Shown: in pieces, positions 34,551 to 42,135 of the stretch
Numbering within the stretch: the first letter of the stretch is position 1
Layout of the letters: each line of letters begins with the position of its first letter
NCBI GenBank assembly: GCA_002402245.1
Contig: NVVP01000003.1
Coordinates: 1 to 42,135 of the forward strand
Length of the DNA stretch: 42,135 bases
DNA from: Gammaproteobacteria bacterium
GTDB lineage: Bacteria > Pseudomonadota > Gammaproteobacteria > Nitrosococcales > Methylophagaceae
Direction of reading: 5' to 3'
Made by a program: the position numbers and the translations under genes
The notes under the pieces: model-generated
Databases searched by the model: none
What the model was told of the DNA's origin: nothing
Seen by the model: only the letters and a program-made list of their open reading frames with translations

Positions 34551-36826
34551 ATGATTTCAAAAAAGACTAACCCAATAGTAGCCAGTAAACGTGAGGGTAA
34601 ATCCCTTAGTTTACAAGCCAATACCGAAGGTTTTACTTCTATCTCAATGGCGACTACATTGGCATTAGCTGTTTCAACGGCAATGATGGGCAATGTACAT
34701 GCTGAAGAAATTTCAACATTAGATACATTGGTGATTGAAGAATCTGCAGTAAAAGCAGATGCCAACCCATATGCTGAAGAAAATGCACCTTATAAAGCAA
34801 AACGTTTATCAGGTTCAAAACATACACGTGATATTGCTGATACCCCACAAACAATGACCGTTCTGACAAAAGACGTTATTGCTGACTCAGGTAAAACAGA
34901 GCTTAAAGATATTTTAAGTGCACAACCTGGTATCACATTAGGTACCGGTGAAGGTGGTAACTCATTTGGTGACCGTTACATTATTCGTGGTTATGAAGCG
35001 CGTAGTGATGTATTTACTGATGGTTTACGTGAACCAGGCTTGATTACTCGTGAAACATTTGCTGTTGATCAAATTGAAATTAGCAAAGGTGCTAGTTCAA
35101 CATTTGCTGGCCGTGGTTCTACTGGTGGTGCAGTAAATGTAGTAACAAAAAAAGCAACACTTGAAGATGATTTCTCAACATTAAGTGGTGGTATTGGTAC
35201 GGATAAATATCACCGTTACACACTTGATTCAAATAAAGTTATTACTGATAAATTAGCCGTTAGAATTAATGCCTTATACAGTGATGCAGATATTCCTGAC
35301 CGTGCCCCTGCAAAAGAGCAACGCCAAGGTTTATTACTTTCTGGTGTATTTGAAGCAACAAATGATTTAACTATTTCATCTGATTATTATTATTTTGCAA
35401 GTGATGATAGAACCGATCCAGGCGTACAACTTGATCGTTCTACGGGTATCATTGATAAAGATATTAAAAATATTGGTCAGAGTGGTTTAGATTTCCACGA
35501 TACCAAAGCAAGTATCTTTACTACGAAGATTGATTGGAATATTAACGATAATCTTCGAATTGAAAATAAAACACGTATTGGCCGAGCAGATAATGCCTTT
35601 ATCGTGTCTGGTTACCATAGCTTTTTTACTGCTGGCATTAGAGGGTTTAACGCATGGCAAGAAAATAAGTATTTAGGCAATCAAACAAATGTATTGTTTG
35701 ATACTACTCTTTGGGGCAAACAACATAACTTTGTCTCAGGTATTGAGTTTGCCAAAGAAAATGTGAAAGCAGGTAGTTACACTGTTGCGACAGATGCTTC
35801 GGTACCAATATTGACCCTTACAACCCTGATAATAGCAGCTGGTCAGGAACTGTCACAAAGAACCATGGCTCTGATCTAGAACTGAAAACAATATCTGCTT
35901 ACTTGATGGATACTATTACCCTATCAGATGATTGGGAAGTATTTGCTGGTGTACGTTATGACCATTTTGACTATGATTTACATACTAATGCCAGTAATGG
36001 ACGTTTTGGTCCTAACCCAGCGGCTGATTATGGATATAGTGATGGTTTATGGAATGGTCACTTTGGCGTCGTTTTCTCACCTTGGGAAAATGGTAATGTC
36101 TATGCAAGCTGGAGTACCTCATCAAACATAAATGGTGGGGAAGCTGACGCAGGTACTAACTGTGGTTATGGTGGTTTATGTCGGGACACAAATGGTGGCT
36201 ATGATGCTAAACCAGAAAAGTCAGAGAATATTGAATTAGGTACTAAATGGAACCTATTTGATAATAGCTTACTATTAACTACTGCTATTTTCCAGACAAC
36301 AAAAGATGATGTTATTGAAGGTAGCACAAACTCATATTCACCTACTGGTAGTTTAAATACAGGTAAAAATAGAGTACGTGGTATTGAGTTAGGATTATCT
36401 GGAAACATTACTCCGAAATTAAGTGGTCAAATGGGTATCGCTATTATGAACTCTGAAACATTAAAGTCATATGATGATGCTAATAAAGGTAAGCCAAAAG
36501 CTAACTTTGCTAATAGAAGTGCGAATGTACAATTAAAATATGCATTCACGCCTAAATTTAATTTTGGTGGTAATTTAACTTATTCAGATGGAATGCTAGG
36601 TGGCCAGCCTGATGCGGGTTCAAATAGTCAAACTACTATCAGAACACCGAGCTACACGGTATTTGACCTATTTGCTACTTACCAGGCGACTGAACAGTTA
36701 GGTGTTCGTGCCAATATTCAGAACTTAACTGATAGAGACTATTACACTGCGATTTATCGTGGTGGTGATATTATTTATATTGGTGATGCTCGTTCTGCAA
36801 ATGTGACATTAACGTACAAATTTTAA
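34551..36826 (+). pseudogene. TonB-dependent outer-membrane receptor, interrupted by a 1-nt frameshift near 35808-35811
   Basis: TonB box DTLVIEE, a plug domain, and the C-terminal ...NVTLTYKF. ORF 34551-35879 continues in the -1 frame: ...TDAS then GTNIDPYNPDNSSWSGTVTKNHGSDLELKTISAYLMDTITLSDDWEVFAGVRYD. Confidence 0.8.
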
Positions 36827-36856
36827 TTAATAAAATTAAACGTTAAGTTGTAAAAT

Positions 36857-36890
36857 AACCGAGGGCAGTGATGTCCTCGGTTTATTTTTT
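36857..36890 (+). terminator. Intrinsic terminator after the receptor gene
   Basis: AACCGAGG-10 nt-CCTCGGTT followed by TATTTTTT. Confidence 0.7.
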
Positions 36891-36904
36891 ATAAGGACTT
36901 AAGT

Positions 36905-37585
36905 ATGATTGCTATTCCTAATGTGCTGTCTGCACAGCAGTTAGCCGCTATTCATTCTAAAATCAACCAAGAGCAGTGGGTAGATGGACGAACCACGGGG
37001 GGGCAGCAAGCAAATAGCGTCAAAAACAATCAACAATTACCGACTGATTCTGCCATTGTGCGTGAATTAGAAGACTTTGTATTATCTGTGTTAGCACAAA
37101 ATCCGGTATTTATATCAGCCGCATTACCGCTTAAGATTTTCCCGCCAATGATTAATCGTTATGGTATCGGTGAAACATATGGTGTGCATGTTGATAATGC
37201 TATCCGAGTACCCCCAGGTACTGGAGCACGAATTCGAACAGATTTGTCAGCCACTTTATTTTTAAGTGATCCTGACAGTTATGACGGGGGCGAGTTAATG
37301 GTAGAAGACCATTTTTCAACTCAACCGGTCAAGCTTGCAGCGGGCGATTTAATCCTTTATCCCTCAACTAGCCTCCATCAGGTAACGCCTGTGACTAAAG
37401 GTGAGCGGATAAGTATGGTTTTCTGGTTACAAAGTATGATCAGAGACAATGAACAAAGAAAAATGTTATTTGATTTAGACCAAAGCGTGCAATCGTTGAC
37501 TGCTATTCATGGTCATGAAGCGAAAGATGTAATGCGCTTATCAGGTATTTATCACAACCTTATTCGCGAATGGGCGGATACCTAA
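36905..37585 (+). CDS. piuC: PKHD-type Fe(II)/2-oxoglutarate hydroxylase (PiuC/YbiX family)
   Basis: Collinear with E. coli YbiX: WVDGRTT...VKNNQQL...YGVHVDNAIR...RTDLSATLFLSDPDSYDGGEL...LYPSTSLHQVTPVTKGERIS...WLQSMIRD. Confidence 0.85.
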   Translation: MIAIPNVLSAQQLAAIHSKINQEQWVDGRTTGGQQANSVKNNQQLPTDSAIVRELEDFVLSVLAQNPVFISAALPLKIFPPMINRYGIGETYGVHVDNAIRVPPGTGARIRTDLSATLFLSDPDSYDGGELMVEDHFSTQPVKLAAGDLILYPSTSLHQVTPVTKGERISMVFWLQSMIRDNEQRKMLFDLDQSVQSLTAIHGHEAKDVMRLSGIYHNLIREWADT

Positions 37586-37607
37586 TATTTAAAGTGAGCA
37601 CATAATC

Positions 37608-38713
37608 ATGACAATGCCATTCAAACCAGCATTAGAGCGAATCCCTGATGATTTAGTCAGCCTGTCTGATTATGCTACTTATGCTAAAAATCATATGTCT
37701 CATGCGGTGTATGAGTATATTGTCGGTGGTGGGGCTGATGAATTAACCTTACGTCGCAACCGTAGTAAATTTGATGATATTAATATTAATCCTCGCGTAC
37801 TGACGGACTGTACACAAGGTGGAACACATACTGAACTATTAGGTGAAAAATGGCGCCATCCTATGATGTTAGCCCCCGTAGCCTTTCATAAATTGGTGCA
37901 TCCAGAAGGTGAAATTGCCACAGCCCAAGCAGCCAGTATTCTAGAAACCGGCATGATGGTGAGCACCTTGTCTTCAATTTCATTAGAAGATATTGCTGAC
38001 GAGTTAGATAGCCCAAAATGGTTCCAGCTTTATTTTCAACAGAGCCGTGAGTTTACTTTGTCATTAGTAAAGCGAGCAGAAGCGGCAGGCTATACTAAAT
38101 TAGTAGTGACAGTAGATGCACCCTTACACGGAATTAGAAACCGGGCTCAACGGGCTAAATTTGTCTTGCCGAGGCTGTGAATCTTGTTAACCGACCTAGC
38201 CTACCTTCAGCTTCATTTGATCCTACACAAAGTATTGTCTTCCAAGGCATGATGAGTGAGACGCCAATATGGGATGATATTGAATGGCTACAGCAACAAA
38301 CTGACTTGCCTATTATTTTAAAAGGTATTTTAAGCCCAGATGATGCGTTAAAAGCCGTTGATATCGGCATTGCAGGAATTGTAGTGTCTAATCATGGTGG
38401 GCGAACCTTAGACTGTGTGCCAGCAGCGATTGAAGTATTACCGTATATCAGAGAAGTAGTCGGAAAGGACTATCCATTATTACTTGATGGTGGCATTGAA
38501 CGAGGCACCGATGTGTTTAAGGCACTTGCATTAGGGGCTAATGCGGTATTAATTGGCCGTCCTCAAGTCTATGCTTTAGCTGTAGGAGGTGCTTTAGGCG
38601 TCGGACATATGTTGCGTATTCTACGTGAAGAGTTGGAAGTGGCTATGGCATTGGCGGGTACGCCTACCATTGATTCAATTGGTTTGCACTCGCTGTGGAA
38701 GTACCCAATGTAA
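37608..38713 (+). pseudogene. FMN-dependent 2-hydroxyacid dehydrogenase/oxidase (LldD/glycolate oxidase family), interrupted by a 1-nt frameshift near 38177-38181
   Basis: ORF 37608-38180 ends ...VDAPLHGIRNRAQRAKFVLPRL-stop. The -1 frame continues EAVNLVNRP...ILKGI...VVSNHGGRTLD...LLDGGIERGTDVFKALALGA. Confidence 0.75.
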
Positions 38714-38765
38714 AGTTCAGCAAAGAAGAAGATTTTCGTAGCATAAATAGTGGCTAACGATTATC

Positions 38766-38782
38766 ATAAGAATGATTCTTAT
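38766..38782. promoter_or_regulatory. Candidate Fur box upstream of fbpA
   Basis: Perfect 8-1-8 palindrome ATAAGAAT-G-ATTCTTAT embedded in GATTATCATAAGAATGATTCTTATTT. Confidence 0.5.
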
Positions 38783-38836
38783 TTGAAAGTTAATAGCTAA
38801 TTCAGCTAGTGTTAAATTATTAGAGGTGAAATTAAA

Positions 38837-39847
38837 ATGAAAAAAGGGTTACTCGGCCTTATCGCACTTGTTTTCATGGTTCCTGTGAGCAACGCTGCCA
38901 CAGATGAAGTGAATATTTATTCTTATAGACAACCATTTTTGATTGATCCAATTACCAATAAATTTACTGAAAAAACAGGCATTAAAGTAAATATTATTTA
39001 TGCTAAAAAAGGCATCGCTGAAAAGCTTGAGCGTGAAGGTAAATATAGTCCAGCTGATCTAATTTTAACGTCAGACTTTAACCGTTTGGTAGAAGTGACC
39101 AGTAAAGGTTTAACTCAAAAAGTAGCAAGTGATGCGTTAACAGCGAATATTCCCGCTCAATACCGAGGCAGTGATAATCAGTGGTTTGCATTAACCACTC
39201 GTGCCCGAGTTATTTATGCATCAAAAGATCGTATTGAGAATGCTAAAACACTGAGTTATGAAGATTTAGCATCAGAGAAATTTAAAGGTAAGATTTGTGT
39301 GCGTAGTGGTAAACACCCTTACAATATTTCACTTATCGCCTCAATGATTGCGCATAACGGTGAAGCAGAAACGAAACAATGGTTAGTAAAAGTAAAAGAT
39401 AATCTTGCCCGTAAACCTCAAGGTAATGACCGTGCACAAGTTAAAGCTATTAAAGAAGGCGTGTGTGATGTGTCTTTAGGAAATAGTTATTACTTTGGTA
39501 AAATGTTGGTAGATGAAGCTCAAAAACCATGGGCTGATGCGGTTAACATTATATTTCCTAACCAAGCTAACCGAGGAGCACATATCAATATTTCAGGTGT
39601 TGCCATGGCTAAATATGCACCTAATAAAGACAATGCCCGTGCTTTAATGGAATTCTTAAGCGGTGAAGAAGCGCAGTCTTTATATGCCTCTCTAAATATG
39701 GAATATCCTGTTAACGCTAAGATTGAACCCTCTGAAATGGTTAAGTCTTGGGGTGAGTTTAAAGCAGATGTTATTCCATTAAGCACTGTGATTAAGCATC
39801 AACAGGCTGCCTATAACTTGTTAGATGAGGTAAAATTTGATCTCTAG
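38837..39847 (+). CDS. fbpA: Fe(3+) ABC transporter periplasmic binding protein (FbpA/AfuA/HitA family)
   Basis: Signal peptide, then EVNIYSYRQPFLI... and ...SLGNSYYFGKM. Followed by a two-domain permease and an ATPase. Confidence 0.85.
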   Translation: MKKGLLGLIALVFMVPVSNAATDEVNIYSYRQPFLIDPITNKFTEKTGIKVNIIYAKKGIAEKLEREGKYSPADLILTSDFNRLVEVTSKGLTQKVASDALTANIPAQYRGSDNQWFALTTRARVIYASKDRIENAKTLSYEDLASEKFKGKICVRSGKHPYNISLIASMIAHNGEAETKQWLVKVKDNLARKPQGNDRAQVKAIKEGVCDVSLGNSYYFGKMLVDEAQKPWADAVNIIFPNQANRGAHINISGVAMAKYAPNKDNARALMEFLSGEEAQSLYASLNMEYPVNAKIEPSEMVKSWGEFKADVIPLSTVIKHQQAAYNLLDEVKFDL

Positions 39848-39870
39848 TTAATTCTTTAAAAGAGCTCTTA

Positions 39871-41499
39871 ATGCGAACAATTAGCCCCAACAATTGGGTG
39901 CTATCATCTTGGGTAGTGTCGATATTCCTAATCTTGCCTGTTATTGCCATAGCAGTGCAAAGTTTAGCCGTTGACACTGCCCTTTTTGATCACCTTTGGG
40001 CAACAGTACTGACTGATTACATTATAAATACAGTTCAGTTGGTATTTTTAGTCTTAGTTTTCTCTGCTTTATTTGCTTTGCCTAGTGCGTGGTTTATCGC
40101 CATGTGTGAATTTAAGGGCCGCAAGCAATTTCAATGGCTATTAATGCTGCCTTTAGCCATGCCAGCTTATGTGGTGGCTTATATTTATACTGATTTACTT
40201 GATTTTGCAGGCCCAATACAGCGGGCTATGCGAGCAGTGTTTCAGGCCAATACCGCAGTAGGCGAGTATTGGTTTTTTGAAGTTAGAAATATTTATGGTG
40301 CAGCACTCATGCTGTCTCTTGTGCTTTATCCCTACCTTTACCTGATTGCTCGTACTGCATTTTTGGAGCAAGGGGCAAGCCTATTTCAAGTAAGCCGTAC
40401 TTTAGGTTTATCACCTTGGCAAAGTATTAAACGTATATCATTGCCTTTATGTCGGCCAGCCATTGTAGTCGGGCTGATTTTTATCGGTGCAGAAGCACTA
40501 GGTGATTTTGCTACTGTTCATTATTTTGCTGTTAATACGCTAACCACAGCTGTTTATGATAGTTGGTTAGGTCATGGTTCCTTATCAGCGGCAGCTAAAA
40601 TCTCCATGTTAATGCTGATTAGCGTGGTAGGTTTATTGTCTTTAGAACGCTGGCAGCGAGGCAAACAACAGTTTTACCATAAATCGTCTGGTCAAAATTT
40701 ACGTTTAAAGCTTAATACGCGTTGGGCTACCATTGCCTTTATCTGGTGTTTACTTTTGATTGCCGCTGGATTTTTTATTCCCGTGGTTATTTTAATTGAT
40801 TATGCCATTCAGTATTTTTCAGGCTGGCAAGCTAGCTTATGGCAGGTCTTACTTCAAAGTGTTTGGCTAGCACTATCTGTTGCCTTGATTACCGCCATAA
40901 TCGCTATTTTATTTGTCTACACACAACGTTTAACCGCTACGCTAAGTAGTGCTATTCCATTAAGAATAAGTACTGTCAGCTATATTATGCCAAGTACCGT
41001 GTTAGCAATAGGAATCCTAATTCCTATGACCTTCTTTGAAATTAGCATTAATGACTATTTAGTGGCTTTAGGATTTCAACCTCCTGGCTTATTTTTATCA
41101 GGTACGGTATTCGCGCTTATGTTTGCTTTTGCAGTACGGTTTCAAGCTGTGGCTAATGGTGTAGTTGAGTCTAGTTTTTTGAATGTTAGTCCTTCACTTG
41201 ACATGGCTTCAAGGACATTAGGTAAGTCTTATTTATATACCTTGTTTTTTGTTCATCTGCCGTTAATTAAAAAAGGCATATTTACAGCTGTTTTATTGGT
41301 TTTTATTGAATGTATGAAAGAGTTACCCGCGGCATTATTATTGAGGCCGTTTAATTTTGATACTTTAGCTACCTATATTTACCAGTATGTATCAGATGAA
41401 CAACTAGAGCAGGCAGCCTTTGCGGCTATTTTAATCGTATTAGCCGGCTTGATACCGGTTATTAGATTGACGCAAACAGATAAGTTGAAAAGTGACTAA
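39871..41499 (+). CDS. fbpB: Fe(3+) ABC transporter permease (fused two-domain)
   Basis: 542-aa polytopic protein with two permease halves, each with an EAA-like loop (ARTAFLEQG..., MASRTLGKS...). Confidence 0.85.
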   Translation: MRTISPNNWVLSSWVVSIFLILPVIAIAVQSLAVDTALFDHLWATVLTDYIINTVQLVFLVLVFSALFALPSAWFIAMCEFKGRKQFQWLLMLPLAMPAYVVAYIYTDLLDFAGPIQRAMRAVFQANTAVGEYWFFEVRNIYGAALMLSLVLYPYLYLIARTAFLEQGASLFQVSRTLGLSPWQSIKRISLPLCRPAIVVGLIFIGAEALGDFATVHYFAVNTLTTAVYDSWLGHGSLSAAAKISMLMLISVVGLLSLERWQRGKQQFYHKSSGQNLRLKLNTRWATIAFIWCLLLIAAGFFIPVVILIDYAIQYFSGWQASLWQVLLQSVWLALSVALITAIIAILFVYTQRLTATLSSAIPLRISTVSYIMPSTVLAIGILIPMTFFEISINDYLVALGFQPPGLFLSGTVFALMFAFAVRFQAVANGVVESSFLNVSPSLDMASRTLGKSYLYTLFFVHLPLIKKGIFTAVLLVFIECMKELPAALLLRPFNFDTLATYIYQYVSDEQLEQAAFAAILIVLAGLIPVIRLTQTDKLKSD

Positions 41500-41500
41500 T

Positions 41501-42135
41501 ATGAAAGAAATGTTAAAAGTCGATGAGATGTCAATTAAGTATGAGAAAAAAGAAGTACTTAATAAGCTATCTCTAGCCGTTTATGAGAATGAAATCTTAT
41601 GCTTATTAGGTCAGAGTGGATCAGGTAAAACAACAGTATTGAAAGCTATTGCGGGTTTATTACCATTGCATAATGGCCTAATTTCACTCGATGAACAGGA
41701 TATATCTTCAGTTGAAAATGTGCTTGCACCTGAGAAAAGAGAAATAGGTATTATCTTCCAAGACTATGCTTTATTTCCTCATCTTAATGTACTAAGAAAT
41801 ATTTGTTTTGGCATTAAAAATACAACAAAAAAACAAGCAGAAACGAGTGCTAAAGAACTGCTTGAATTGGTCAAAATGCAAGGCTATGAAAACGCTTATC
41901 CTCACGAATTATCTGGTGGCCAGCAGCAACGTATCGCGATTGCTCGAGCCTTAGCGATTCAACCGAAATTATTATTGTTAGATGAACCTTTCTCCAATGT
42001 TGATTTTCAATTACGTCAACAATTAATGACTGATATTCACCAAATAATTAAACAGAGAGGTATTGCCGCTATCTTGGTTACTCATAGTAAAGAAGAAGCC
42101 TTTTTCTTTGCAGATAAATTGGCCTTTATGGAAAA
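41501..42135 (+). CDS. fbpC: Fe(3+) ABC transporter ATP-binding protein, 5' part (runs off the window)
   Basis: Own translation from ATG at 41501: MKEMLKVDEMSIKYEKKEVL...GQSGSGKTT (Walker A)...LSGGQQQRIAIARA...LLLLDEPFS (Walker B). Missing from the ORF track because it is truncated. Confidence 0.85.
   Translation, partial: MKEMLKVDEMSIKYEKKEVLNKLSLAVYENEILCLLGQSGSGKTTVLKAIAGLLPLHNGLISLDEQDISSVENVLAPEKREIGIIFQDYALFPHLNVLRNICFGIKNTTKKQAETSAKELLELVKMQGYENAYPHELSGGQQQRIAIARALAIQPKLLLLDEPFSNVDFQLRQQLMTDIHQIIKQRGIAAILVTHSKEEAFFFADKLAFME

Noticed and set aside
8324-35815. Two frameshifts (i-spanin and TonB-dependent receptor) sit directly against a GGTACC site, which could point to a systematic sequencing or modification artefact
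   Set aside because: Other GGTACC sites lie inside intact ORFs (3829-3834 in the tail fibre gene, 16705-16710 in the methyltransferase gene). The third frameshift (38177-38181) has no GGTACC. The exact shift position in the spanin cannot be fixed, only bounded to 8266-8368. I treat it as coincidence unless read data say otherwise.

Overview
The window has two parts.

**Prophage (1 to about 19.3 kb).** This is the late-gene half of a P2-family prophage, in almost exact P2 gene order.
- Minus strand: tape measure (truncated by the window edge), E/E+E', tail tube, sheath, fibre assembly, fibre, baseplate I/J/W/V, S, R, overlapped spanins, GH24 endolysin, holin, X, L, M, N, O.
- Plus strand: terminase P and portal Q, then a cos-like site.
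- Beyond the cos-like site lies a roughly 3-kb cargo island. It holds a Mu Com-like zinc-finger gene overlapping a beta-class amino-DNA-methyltransferase. Converging on these are a DUF2971-like protein and a membrane-anchored coiled-coil protein with a strand-turn repeat C-terminus.
- The two minus-strand cargo genes each sit behind a copy of the same ~107-bp promoter/operator module. The distal copy still carries a 7-codon relic of a DUF2971-type 5' end.

**Junction and core chromosome (about 19.26 to 42.1 kb).**
- A gene-free, repeat-rich junction of about 0.6 kb (19.26-19.85 kb) separates the prophage from core gammaproteobacterial chromosome.
- The core genes are rimP-nusA-infB-rbfA-truB-rpsO-pnp, modABC, exbB-exbD-exbD-tonB, a frameshifted TonB-dependent receptor, piuC/ybiX, a frameshifted FMN-dependent 2-hydroxyacid dehydrogenase, and fbpA-fbpB-fbpC (truncated by the window edge).

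**Best candidate for an undescribed system.** This is the DUF2971-like plus membrane-protein cassette, possibly acting with the Com-controlled methyltransferase. It sits next to Q/cos, where P2 itself carries its anti-phage genes old and tin.

**Other notable points.**
- An ACCGCGC-N12-GCGCGGT dyad occurs twice, each time exactly 43 nt upstream of a late-operon start codon.
- Three genes carry single-nucleotide frameshifts: the i-spanin, the TonB-dependent receptor and the dehydrogenase.
- The initiator tRNA gene that heads this operon in E. coli is absent.

Everything rests on reading the sequence and on remembered family signatures. No database search was run.
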